Below, one piece after another: positions 48,147 to 57,912 of a DNA stretch of 64,000 bases. Every line of letters starts with the position of its first letter. Position 1 is the stretch's first letter. The stretch spans positions 1-64,000 of the IMG/VR virus record IMGVR_UViG_3300003877_000001; one strand, 5' to 3'. The translations under genes were made by a program, and so were the position numbers. Under the pieces are notes generated by a model. It searched no databases and had not been told where the DNA came from. It saw only the letters and a program-made list of their open reading frames with translations.

Positions 48147-48947
48147 ATGGTTATACCAAATATACCACAAGAACTATTCTATAAATTTAATGACATCAAA
48201 TATCATGATGAACCACATAAATATTTTTTAGATGATAAGCAGTTTACTTCTGTAACTACATTAATTAATTCCTATGAAGAAGGGTTTGAAGAAGAAAAAT
48301 GGTCTAGAATAAAAGGTAAACAATTTAATGTTCACCCTAATGATGTTAAATATGGTTGGAGATTTATTAATGAAAGGGCAACAACTAAGGGTTCTGCTAT
48401 CCACGACTATATTGAAAATTTATTCTTAAATAAAATTTTCCCATATCCTAAAGATATGATTGAAAAAAAGTTTGGATATGATCCTGTTGAAGAAGAATAT
48501 CTTAAAACAAAAAAACTTGTTGATAATTTCTATAGTACTGTTAAAAATATATTAATACCAATTAAAACTGAATTAGTTGTTTATGATGAAGAATTCATGA
48601 TTGCTGGTATGGTTGATATGTTATTTTATAATCGTAAATCTAAGAAGTTTGAAATTTGGGACTGGAAAACTAATTCTGCCGATAATGCATTTAATGAAGA
48701 TGAAAATAATATTAGATTTTTAGAATATCCACTATATTTGGTTAATAATACTGAAATAGATATTTATTCACTTCAACTTTCAACATATAAATATATTATT
48801 GAGAAAAATATTAATATTCAATTAGGTGATTCACATATTGTTTGGTTCTCACATAAGAATGAAAACTTTGAAGTAAAAAAATGTAAAAATTTTACAAACT
48901 TAGCTGATGATATGCTTAGAGATCATCGTATGAAATTAAGTATATAA
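48147..48947 (+). CDS. PD-(D/E)XK exonuclease (Cas4/lambda-exonuclease-like)
   Basis: SVTT, GSAIH, AGMVD, IWDWKT, YSLQLSTY. Confidence 0.85.
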   Translation: MVIPNIPQELFYKFNDIKYHDEPHKYFLDDKQFTSVTTLINSYEEGFEEEKWSRIKGKQFNVHPNDVKYGWRFINERATTKGSAIHDYIENLFLNKIFPYPKDMIEKKFGYDPVEEEYLKTKKLVDNFYSTVKNILIPIKTELVVYDEEFMIAGMVDMLFYNRKSKKFEIWDWKTNSADNAFNEDENNIRFLEYPLYLVNNTEIDIYSLQLSTYKYIIEKNINIQLGDSHIVWFSHKNENFEVKKCKNFTNLADDMLRDHRMKLSI

Positions 48948-48975
48948 AAAAAAGGAACAATAAGTCCCTTTTTTT
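48946..48975. terminator. Bidirectional terminator between convergent genes
   Basis: A-run-GG..CC-T-run hairpin. Confidence 0.5.
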
Positions 48976-49013
48976 AGTCTAGTTATAACATAACCAAGTC
49001 CTAAAGCGAATTT

Positions 49014-49502
49014 TTAGTAATTTAAAATACATCTCCAAGGTTGGATTGTTACAGTAATTTTCTGTAATTCATCCGAACTATGATCATTTGTACCAAAGTC
49101 AACATCTACAATTTGTGCTTGCTCTATAAACCATTTTTCAACTTCTACACCTGTTGGATCAAGTGCCTTTAAGTTAATATTTTTCTTATATCCAGCTGCG
49201 TAACCCATACGACCAGTAAGTGATTCTGCGTGTAGTCTTACCCATTCCATTAATTGATTTGAGGTCGAAGGACCTATCGTATCAATAAATGTTATATCTA
49301 ATGTTCCCCACTTATATTTACCAGCAACGTAATTGAATTCATTAAGGTATGGTATTTCCACAGAATTTATATTTAATGTTGGTCTTTTGAAAGTTTGTAC
49401 TTTCCATACTTCTATTCCTAATTCGCTTGAAAACTCCGCAAAGAATCTATTTTCTCTTTTAGGTTCAAAATCAAACGGAATTCCTCTTAACATTTCTGCC
49501 AT
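49014..49502 (-). CDS. Tail tube protein (T4 gp19-like)
   Basis: EPKRENRF, YVAGKYKW, LMEWVR, LDPTGVEVEKW. Confidence 0.85.
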   Translation of the reverse strand: MAEMLRGIPFDFEPKRENRFFAEFSSELGIEVWKVQTFKRPTLNINSVEIPYLNEFNYVAGKYKWGTLDITFIDTIGPSTSNQLMEWVRLHAESLTGRMGYAAGYKKNINLKALDPTGVEVEKWFIEQAQIVDVDFGTNDHSSDELQKITVTIQPWRCILNY

Positions 49503-49569
49503 TTCTCTAGTATTTATATTTAATTGTTATTATCTTTGTTGATAAATACTTTACAAATAAAAAAAAAAT

Positions 49570-51291
49570 ATGATTATTGAAAAATTTAAACAATATTTTA
49601 CAACTAATAATAAATCTGGATATAAAACTAGAGAAAAACACGTAGAAAAAAAATTTTCTAAATTATATAATAATATTGAAAATTATCAATTAAATCATTC
49701 TAAGATGTTATTTAATCAAAAATTATATAATTATTTATATAACATAAAAAAAATCCCAAAATGTCTAACATGTGGTAGTGAAATTAAATGGAGAGGTGTT
49801 TTTACCGAAGGATATAGAAAATATTGTAATTTACAATGTGGGGGGAAGGGTGAAAAAAGATTAAATAATATTAAAAATACTGTAAAAGAAAAATATGGTG
49901 TTGAGTATATTAGTCAATCTGATGAAATTAAGAATAAAATTAAAAGTAATAATCTAAAAAAATATGGTGTTGAACACTGTTTTCAATCTGATGAAATTAA
50001 GAATAAAATAGAAAAAACAAACCTAGAAAGATATAAAACAAAACACCCAATACAATCTGATGAAATTAAGAATAGAATTAAAAGTAATAATTTAAAAAGA
50101 TATGGTGTTGATAATCCAAGTAAATTAAAATCTGTTAAAGAAAAACTAAGACATACTAATTTAAAAAAATATGGTGTTGATAGTGTGATGAAGGTTGAAA
50201 GTATTAAAAATAAATTATTAGATAGTAAACTAAATAAATTCGTATTAAAAAATAAATTAAATTTTGGTGTTGATAATATTGTTAATAAAAGTAGTAGTCA
50301 ATACTTAATAAAAAATCAATGTACTGAACATGATGAATATTTAATTGATAAGTCATTATTTTATCATAGAGTAAAATATGGAGTAAGAAACACATGTACA
50401 ATATGTAATCCTATCTCTGAACAATCATCAATAAAAGAAAAGGAAATTAAAGATTGGTTAATATCAGATTTAAAACTTAATATCATTGAAAATGATAGAA
50501 AAATTCTTAATGGTAAAGAAATTGATATATTTCTTCCAAATTTTAATTTAGCAATTGAATTTAATGGATTATATTGGCATTCAGATTTATTTAAAGATAA
50601 AAATTATCACTTAAATAAAACAGAATTAGCAAATGCAAAGGGAATTCAACTACTACATATCTTTGAGGATGAATGGGTTTATAAATCTGATATTGTTAAA
50701 TCCATAATTAAAGCTAAATTAGGATTAATTGAAAATAAAATATTTGGTAGAAAATGTATTATTAAAGAAATAACTTCTAAAGAATCAAAAGAATTTCTTA
50801 ATAAAAATCACATACAAGGTAATGTTAATGCAAGCATTAGATTAGGTTTGTTTTATAATGAAAAATTAGTTAGTTTAATGACCTTTGGAAAATTAAGAAA
50901 AATGATGGGTGGTAAGTCTAAAGAAGGTGAATATGAAATGTATAGGTTTTGTAATAAATTAAATACAAGTATAATAGGTGGAGCAAGTAAATTATTTAAA
51001 TATTTTTTAAATAATTATAAACCAAAACAAATAATTTCATATGCCGATAGGAGATATTTTGATGGTAATTTATATGAGAAATTAAAATTTAATTTTATTC
51101 ATTCAACAAAACCAAATTTTTGGTATTTTAAACAAAATAGTTTAAATAGAGAATATAGATTTAAATATAATAAAAATATTTTAATAAAAAAAGGATATAA
51201 TAAAACTAAAACAGCAAATGAAATTATGTCTGAAATTGGTTATTTATGGATTTATGATTGTGGAAATCTAAAATTTAATTATTCATCTTAG
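49570..51291 (+). CDS. Hef-like (very-short-patch-repair/DUF559-type) endonuclease with KYGV repeats
   Basis: Many KKYGV(E/D) repeats; [19 protein letters not shown]; LLHIFEDEW; YADR; IYDCG. Confidence 0.75.
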   Translation: MIIEKFKQYFTTNNKSGYKTREKHVEKKFSKLYNNIENYQLNHSKMLFNQKLYNYLYNIKKIPKCLTCGSEIKWRGVFTEGYRKYCNLQCGGKGEKRLNNIKNTVKEKYGVEYISQSDEIKNKIKSNNLKKYGVEHCFQSDEIKNKIEKTNLERYKTKHPIQSDEIKNRIKSNNLKRYGVDNPSKLKSVKEKLRHTNLKKYGVDSVMKVESIKNKLLDSKLNKFVLKNKLNFGVDNIVNKSSSQYLIKNQCTEHDEYLIDKSLFYHRVKYGVRNTCTICNPISEQSSIKEKEIKDWLISDLKLNIIENDRKILNGKEIDIFLPNFNLAIEFNGLYWHSDLFKDKNYHLNKTELANAKGIQLLHIFEDEWVYKSDIVKSIIKAKLGLIENKIFGRKCIIKEITSKESKEFLNKNHIQGNVNASIRLGLFYNEKLVSLMTFGKLRKMMGGKSKEGEYEMYRFCNKLNTSIIGGASKLFKYFLNNYKPKQIISYADRRYFDGNLYEKLKFNFIHSTKPNFWYFKQNSLNREYRFKYNKNILIKKGYNKTKTANEIMSEIGYLWIYDCGNLKFNYSS

Positions 51292-51688
51292 GAGTTTCAT
51301 CATCAAATCTAGTATATCTATTAATTGTTATTTGTGGTAATATACCTGTTCTACGATATGCACGTTGTTCCATTGGACTTAATTTAGTAATATCAACTAC
51401 AATTTCTTCATTAATAACTTCTTCTTTTGTTTTTTCTATTTCTTGTTCTAATATTTTAATTAATTCTGCTTCAGCATCAATACCATGATTATCTTCTAAT
51501 ATTTTTATATCTTCTTCAACTACATTAACAGTAATTTCTAAATCTTCGGAAAAATCATCATCCTCATACTCGATAGAAAATCTTTCATCAAATAATTCTT
51601 GAACTTGTTCAACCTTCATTTTATTTAATTCCTTTTTAGTAAATTCACCATTTTCAATTAAATGTTTAATCATATCGTCCTTTTTCAT
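51275..51688 (-). CDS. Hypothetical acidic protein
   Basis: 137-aa ORF; AGTATTTAT at 51706-51714. Confidence 0.65.
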   Translation of the reverse strand: MKKDDMIKHLIENGEFTKKELNKMKVEQVQELFDERFSIEYEDDDFSEDLEITVNVVEEDIKILEDNHGIDAEAELIKILEQEIEKTKEEVINEEIVVDITKLSPMEQRAYRRTGILPQITINRYTRFDDETPKMNN

Positions 51689-51715
51689 AAGAATTATATT
51701 TTTTCATAAATACTG

Positions 51716-51759
51716 AACATAATCTAAAGTGGTCTAATTAGACCACTTTAGATTATGTT
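51716..51759. repeat. Perfect 44-bp palindrome (terminator or cruciform)
   Basis: AACATAATCTAAAGTGGTCTAA|TTAGACCACTTTAGATTATGTT. Confidence 0.9.
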
Positions 51760-51765
51760 TATTAA

Positions 51766-54519
51766 TTATAAATCATCAAACGATGCACCTTCAGGAGTAA
51801 TAGTGAACGTAATACCGATGAATTCAAGAGACTTGGTAGGCTTCAAGAATATTTCACCAAATAATTCGTTTCTATCTCTACTTTCAGGAGAGTTATTTGA
51901 ATCATCCATCTTAATTCTAAATTCAGTAAGACCTCTTTCTCTTCTAATAGAATCCAATACTGGATTAGCTTTAGATAAGAATTCATCTACTGTTGCTTGA
52001 TCATTTTGTTCAAATAATAACTTACTTGCTATGTTAGCAATAAGAACTTTAATTTGAAGTAATAATCTTCTTACATTAATTCTATCAAGTGCACTTTCTT
52101 TAAATTGAAGAGTCTTTTGACCAAATATTGCAGTTCCAACATCTGAAAAATCAGCCATTGGATTAATTCTACCAGCATAAAGTGTATCTCTAGAATCTTG
52201 AGACATTCTATATTTTGATCTTCTTGCATCAGTCACACCTCTTTGTAAACCAGCAGGTGCATACCAAGGGAATTTAACATTATCAGTAAATGCCATTGCT
52301 TTAAGTACCTCACCAGTAGGTGGTAACCAAATGTTAACGTTATTTTGTGTATCTGGAATTTGAATCCAAGGGAAATATGTACAAGCATAACTTGTATCAA
52401 TTGCAGTATTTTCTAGTAAATCAACAATCTCTGTTGCTGCAAGATTATCTGCTCTTTCACCTACTTCGATAGCAATATCAATATCAGGAGAATCAATAAT
52501 ATATAATGTATCAGTTCTTTGTGTTTCCATTATTTCAATAGTATCTTGAACAATTACAGTATTATCACCAAAATTAATTCCCGGTGTTGCAAATATGTTA
52601 ATTGTAACTTCTTCAGGGTTTGCAAATGTTAATATTGCAGTTTCCCATGCTTGGAAATCATTATGTGGTGTAACACCATCTTCAACACCATCAAATATTC
52701 CACCTTTTCTATAATTATCACCAAAAGTTCTTGATCCACGATGTTCATCCCAACCATCAAAACCACCAGCAGGAACTAATGTAAATTTACGTGAATTTAC
52801 TTCACCATAAACATCACCATCTTGAATATCACCTGAAGTTCTAAATCTACCAGCACCAACTTCAAATTCTCCTATTAATGTATTACCATCATAGAAAATA
52901 CCTGTAGCACCAGAATCCATATGGAAACCTTTAGATTTAGCAGGAGTACCTTTACCTCTGTAATTAAAATGATTTTGATCTATACCTATTGTATTAATAA
53001 AATTATCTGCTGAATAAGCAGTTTCAGAAATACCTAATGATACTCTATTTAATCTTTCGTCTGGTAAATAAAATGTTTTATAAAGTATTGATGGTGCAAT
53101 ACCTTCGGCAGAAGCTGTTGTAGCAGAAGCTGCCCAATCATTTTGAATATAACCCTCAAAACCAGCAGGGAAAGCATCTGGTTCAGCATTTTCATTAATC
53201 TCTAACATAATATATTCACTTTGAAGAACATATTCACCATTAGCAGTACCAATTCTATTACCAATAAAATTAGTTTCACCTTTTCTCATTACACAACGTG
53301 AAAACGATTCTAATACAATAGGATTTGCATCTGTATCATTAAAGTCACGAACTATAATATTAAATTCTTTTGAAATTGGATCAATATTAGTTATTGATAT
53401 TTTAATTTCTTTATTTGCATTATCACCATCAGATATTGATATGAATTTAAATAATTGATCAACATCATTACCTTTTAATTGTGATACAACCCAAGGGGTT
53501 TCAGGTGTTTGAAATTGCTCTTGATAATCTGTAAATATTGATGCATCTGCATCAATCATTATTGTATTTAAACCATAACCACTACCATTAGCATCTAATA
53601 ATCTTGTTAAATCTGGATAAACTCTTTCACACCAAATTTTACCATTTTTACCTTTAGGTTCGCTACCAATTACACTTGGTAAGAATTCTGCTGAATTAGG
53701 ATCTAATGATACTACAAAAGTTTCTGTTGATGGATCAGTATCAAATGCATCAGGTGCTTTGAATGCACTTAATTCAAAATTCCCAAACATATTACCAATA
53801 CCTGTATTAGTTTCATTTGCAATCATTGTTAATGTGTCAGTATCAAATCTTGTTGTAGGTACTGCATCATCATTATCCGTTACACTACCTCTTGAACGAA
53901 CTACTGCAAGTACCATATTTTCTAATTCAGTTTGAGATGTTGCACTAAAAGTTACCAATGTATCATCAACAGTACCACTTAATGAAGTTCCTGTATATGA
54001 TGTTACTACAAAATCATGTCTTACACCAGTAAAAGCTGAACCAGATTTAGTAAATCCAGTAAAAGTTGAACCAGTTTGTCCAATAGCATTTAAACCTACA
54101 CCTAAATAGCTTCCATTACTGAAAGGTACACTAACAGGTGCTGCGGTAGATACTTCTCCTATTGTTGCTTCATCAACACCTGCACTTAATGTAATTGCCC
54201 ATGCAGTACCTGCATCATATCCCGATAAACCAAGTACTCTTGTTACCCATGCTTGGTTTGATTCATTTAGATATGCATTAACTGCATAGGGTAATTGATA
54301 TCTTAATTCTAAATTCCCACTTGGAAATTTTTCAGTGTTTTGTTCACCAAAACGAGTTCTAAATTGTCCTTTGTCCTGTACGAATACTGGTTCAAAAGCA
54401 GGTCCTTTAACAGTTTCACCTACGATTCCCAATGTTGTTACACCAACATTTCTAGTAACGAAAGATAAGTCTCTTTCACGAAATTTATAACCGGGTGAGG
54501 TAAATACAAATTCAGCCAT
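51766..54519 (-). CDS. Tail sheath protein (T4 gp18-like)
   Basis: FTSPG....ERD, GETVKGPAFEP, PWYAPAG..RG, FGQKTL, LDRINVRRLL. Confidence 0.93.
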   Translation of the reverse strand: MAEFVFTSPGYKFRERDLSFVTRNVGVTTLGIVGETVKGPAFEPVFVQDKGQFRTRFGEQNTEKFPSGNLELRYQLPYAVNAYLNESNQAWVTRVLGLSGYDAGTAWAITLSAGVDEATIGEVSTAAPVSVPFSNGSYLGVGLNAIGQTGSTFTGFTKSGSAFTGVRHDFVVTSYTGTSLSGTVDDTLVTFSATSQTELENMVLAVVRSRGSVTDNDDAVPTTRFDTDTLTMIANETNTGIGNMFGNFELSAFKAPDAFDTDPSTETFVVSLDPNSAEFLPSVIGSEPKGKNGKIWCERVYPDLTRLLDANGSGYGLNTIMIDADASIFTDYQEQFQTPETPWVVSQLKGNDVDQLFKFISISDGDNANKEIKISITNIDPISKEFNIIVRDFNDTDANPIVLESFSRCVMRKGETNFIGNRIGTANGEYVLQSEYIMLEINENAEPDAFPAGFEGYIQNDWAASATTASAEGIAPSILYKTFYLPDERLNRVSLGISETAYSADNFINTIGIDQNHFNYRGKGTPAKSKGFHMDSGATGIFYDGNTLIGEFEVGAGRFRTSGDIQDGDVYGEVNSRKFTLVPAGGFDGWDEHRGSRTFGDNYRKGGIFDGVEDGVTPHNDFQAWETAILTFANPEEVTINIFATPGINFGDNTVIVQDTIEIMETQRTDTLYIIDSPDIDIAIEVGERADNLAATEIVDLLENTAIDTSYACTYFPWIQIPDTQNNVNIWLPPTGEVLKAMAFTDNVKFPWYAPAGLQRGVTDARRSKYRMSQDSRDTLYAGRINPMADFSDVGTAIFGQKTLQFKESALDRINVRRLLLQIKVLIANIASKLLFEQNDQATVDEFLSKANPVLDSIRRERGLTEFRIKMDDSNNSPESRDRNELFGEIFLKPTKSLEFIGITFTITPEGASFDDL

Positions 54520-54666
54520 ATTAATCTTGTTTTATTCTTTTATTTTTATTATTTTTGCATTCTAACACAATAGTTATACTATGTTTTTTTATAAATACTT
54601 TTTTATTTATGAAAATCAAGAATTTATAACAGAACTATTTATAAAAAACTCTAAAATTGTTATATT

Positions 54667-56757
54667 ATGAACAAATCATATAGAATAAAAACCGACATAG
54701 GTACAAATGCAGATAAGTCCATTAAATTGAAACTTGAACAAGATGTAGATACTTTTGAAATTTTATCATTAAAAATAGATCAAAAGGATATTTATGAAGC
54801 ATTTAATTGTGATTATGGTATTATTGTTGGTAGAGTTAATGCTAATGGTTCTGTTGGAATACCTAATGCTAAGATTTCAATATTTATACCTATTAGTGAA
54901 GATGATAAACAAAATGCAGAAATAAGGGCGATATATCCATATGAAAATCCACGTGATAAAAATACAACAGGTAAAAGATATAATTTATTACCACGTGTAG
55001 CGCAAATACAAACAGATGGTACTGTAAGACCAAAACAACCATTTGGGACATTTCCAACAAAAGAAGAAGTGGTAACAAATGATAGTTGGTTAGAAGTATA
55101 TGATAAATACTATAAGTTTAGTACTGTAACTAATGAATCTGGTGATTATATGTTGTTTGGAGTTCCAGTAGGTACACAAACAGTTCATATGTCAGTCGAC
55201 ATTACGGACATTGGACAATTTTCAATGACACCTGCTACAATGGTAACTAATCTAGGTTATTCACCTAATTTATTTACTGACAATGGAACTAAAATTAAAC
55301 CAAGTACTGATTTAGATGATTTACCAAATATTGAAACACAAGAAATTAGTGTGGATGTTATACCTTTTTGTGGTGATAATGAAATATTTGATATTGGCAT
55401 AACAAGACAAGATTTTAGAATACGTGCAGAATTAGTTTCAACATTTACTATGTTTGGTAGTGGATTTACTAATGGTGATGATGAAATGTGGATTGCCGAA
55501 GAAGGTGGTAGTAATAAGACAGTTAGAGAACTTTATAGAGAACATAATTTAGAAAAATTTATGGCAACTAATAGAGCAGCAGAAGTAACTGAACAAATAT
55601 TTTATTATCCTGCAAATGTTAGTGATGCAGATATTGCAAATTCTACACTTGATCCATTAGAAGAAAGAATGATTAAATTAAGTGATACTCAATATGCAAA
55701 ATTTATTAATGAAGGTGATTTTGTTTATATTATTCCATGTAATAGAAATAAAGTAGTTACAAATGAAGAAGGTGAACTAGTTCCAGTTGATGATGATAAC
55801 CCATCAGGAGTGTTTACAGAATTTAAAGGATTTTTAACATTAGAAATTAGTTCAGAAACACTACCAATGGGATTTAGTGGTGAACTAACATCTGGTAATA
55901 ATCGAGCAGTTAGACCTTTAAGATATAAATATAAATTTCCACAATCATCAACAACACTTGGTAATACTCTTAGTTCAACAGATGATGAACCAATAATTAA
56001 TGCTTGGAGAAAACAACATCATACATTTAATTTGAATAAAATATATAGTGTTGCAAGATTTCATGGTACAACATTTAATTCGAGCAGTAGTTCACAAAAT
56101 AGTGCATTAAATCAAGTTAATGGTTTTGTTAATAATGGTACTGCTTGGGATTTAAATAATATAATGACTTCAACAGAAAGTCATTGGAATGTTGGTATTT
56201 TATGGGTTCAAGATACTGCTGATATATTAAGTAGTACTAAAGAATTTCCATCAAACAAATCTGATGGTACTCAATTTGGTGGTAATTGGATGAATTTTAC
56301 TATATATTTTGTTCAAAATGGTAGATTTCAAGGTGATGTTTCAGCATATCAAGATATGAAATCAAATCCAAATTTTCAACATGCTAGTAATCATGGTTAT
56401 CATTTTATTGATTCTAACAACCAACCAATTGCGGCAAATGTTTTAAATACACAATGGTTTCCTAGAATTGATTTACACTTTACAGATATAATTGAAGTAC
56501 CGAAGGAAGATATATTATTATTTAACAACATATCATCAAAAGGATTTAAAAAATCAACATTACTAGATCCTCTGATTGGTAGTGATTATAAAAATGGTTT
56601 GAGTCTCGTTCCTATTGCAGGTAGTAGTGATAAAACAATGGGTAGTGGTAAAATAGATGGTAGTACAACAGGTACACAAGACACTGATATATATTTCTAT
56701 AAAGGATTAAATGGATCAAATTGTACACAATTTTTAGCAGACTTAGGATTGGTATAA
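54667..56757 (+). CDS. Putative virion structural protein
   Basis: 696 aa; GRVNANGSVGIPNAKISIF and TNESGDYMLFGVPVG (prealbumin-like fold motif). Confidence 0.6.
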   Translation: MNKSYRIKTDIGTNADKSIKLKLEQDVDTFEILSLKIDQKDIYEAFNCDYGIIVGRVNANGSVGIPNAKISIFIPISEDDKQNAEIRAIYPYENPRDKNTTGKRYNLLPRVAQIQTDGTVRPKQPFGTFPTKEEVVTNDSWLEVYDKYYKFSTVTNESGDYMLFGVPVGTQTVHMSVDITDIGQFSMTPATMVTNLGYSPNLFTDNGTKIKPSTDLDDLPNIETQEISVDVIPFCGDNEIFDIGITRQDFRIRAELVSTFTMFGSGFTNGDDEMWIAEEGGSNKTVRELYREHNLEKFMATNRAAEVTEQIFYYPANVSDADIANSTLDPLEERMIKLSDTQYAKFINEGDFVYIIPCNRNKVVTNEEGELVPVDDDNPSGVFTEFKGFLTLEISSETLPMGFSGELTSGNNRAVRPLRYKYKFPQSSTTLGNTLSSTDDEPIINAWRKQHHTFNLNKIYSVARFHGTTFNSSSSSQNSALNQVNGFVNNGTAWDLNNIMTSTESHWNVGILWVQDTADILSSTKEFPSNKSDGTQFGGNWMNFTIYFVQNGRFQGDVSAYQDMKSNPNFQHASNHGYHFIDSNNQPIAANVLNTQWFPRIDLHFTDIIEVPKEDILLFNNISSKGFKKSTLLDPLIGSDYKNGLSLVPIAGSSDKTMGSGKIDGSTTGTQDTDIYFYKGLNGSNCTQFLADLGLV

Positions 56758-56788
56758 AAAAACCCATCGAATTCGATGGGTTTTTTTT
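56756..56788. terminator. Bidirectional terminator
   Basis: A7-CCCATCGAATTCGATGGG-T8. Confidence 0.85.
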
Positions 56789-56789
56789 A

Positions 56790-57269
56790 TTATTTCACAA
56801 CGTGATAGTAAATACCAATTGTGACATTATTAATGGTTATACTATCATGAATTAATCTAATAGTCGCTGTTTTTTGAGTTAAATCATATTCAGTAATTTG
56901 CCATTGAATATTATCAGTACTATTTTGAATAGTGTATTTTATTATTAATGTTTCAGGATCAAATGTAACAACCCAATTTCTTTCAAAATTATTTCGACAT
57001 ACATCAGTAAATATAATTAAATTATCTGCTGATTTAATGTTGAAATCTGTTAATTGCCAAGTAAGATGACTTAAATTACCACAAACAGAATTTCTATCAT
57101 AGGTTTCATTTTGATATGTAACAGACTCACTCAACCAAACACCATCAAAATCTGCTAATGTAATACCATTACTAGGATTATCTGGTGTAACTTCATTTGG
57201 GTCGCATGACATAACACCTAGTGCTAGTACTACTGCGAAAATCGACATTAAATTTTTCATTTTTTTCAT
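56790..57269 (-). CDS. Lipoprotein 1 (lipocalin-like)
   Basis: Signal peptide II with lipobox LGVMS-C; FDGVWL motif. Confidence 0.8.
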   Translation of the reverse strand: MKKMKNLMSIFAVVLALGVMSCDPNEVTPDNPSNGITLADFDGVWLSESVTYQNETYDRNSVCGNLSHLTWQLTDFNIKSADNLIIFTDVCRNNFERNWVVTFDPETLIIKYTIQNSTDNIQWQITEYDLTQKTATIRLIHDSITINNVTIGIYYHVVK

Positions 57270-57373
57270 AATTTTTAATAGTTTTATTTTGTTATACGGA
57301 AAAATTCTTATAAAGGTTACAAATTTTTAATATTTTTTTTTATAATTGTAACCTTTTTATTGATAATGGGTAT

Positions 57374-57405
57374 AAAAAAACCCATAGTATATACTATGGG
57401 TTTTT
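57374..57405. terminator. Bidirectional terminator
   Basis: A7-CCCATAGTATATACTATGGG-T5. Confidence 0.85.
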
Positions 57406-57421
57406 AATTAAATTTCATCTA

Positions 57422-57835
57422 CTATATATTAAGATTATCACTATATGTAGCAACTAATCCACTATCTGTTAATGACGTAACATTTAGATTATAAACAGTC
57501 CCATAATATTTTATCAGAATATTTTTACCCCTTAAATCCCAAGTTGCTAGTTGTGGATTATGACTACCAGTGTATTTTGGATTTACGGCAAATGCAGTTC
57601 CATCTGCATTAAGAATAAAAACAAAATGTTTCCAAGATTGATCAAAATCATTACCAGTATCGAATGGTGGGTTTATTGGTGATGTTTCATCAGTACAACA
57701 CATTGAACTTGTCTGTGTGTAAGTTTCAATATATTCCTCTAATGAATTATCAGGTGTAATAGAATTTTCATTTGGGTCGCATGACATAACACCTAGTGCT
57801 AGTACTACTGCGAAAATCGACATTAAATTTTTCAT
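57422..57835 (-). CDS. Lipoprotein 2
   Basis: Same signal peptide and lipobox, different mature domain. Confidence 0.8.
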   Translation of the reverse strand: MKNLMSIFAVVLALGVMSCDPNENSITPDNSLEEYIETYTQTSSMCCTDETSPINPPFDTGNDFDQSWKHFVFILNADGTAFAVNPKYTGSHNPQLATWDLRGKNILIKYYGTVYNLNVTSLTDSGLVATYSDNLNI

Positions 57836-57912
57836 TTTTTTTATTTTTATATTTTATATTAACATATACGTAATAAAATAAATAAAGGTTACATTTTTTT
57901 ATAATCGTATTT

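Larger units (their letters stand above)
57192..57841 (-). repeat. 75-bp perfect direct repeat encoding the shared signal peptide (57192-57266 and 57767-57841)
   Basis: Identical base for base; encodes MKNLMSIFAVVLALGVMSCDPNE. Confidence 0.95.

Noticed and set aside
57192-57841. Diversity-generating retroelement TR/VR pair
   Set aside because: The repeats are identical (no adenine-specific mismatches), lie at the 5' end of the genes, and no reverse transcriptase is present in the window.
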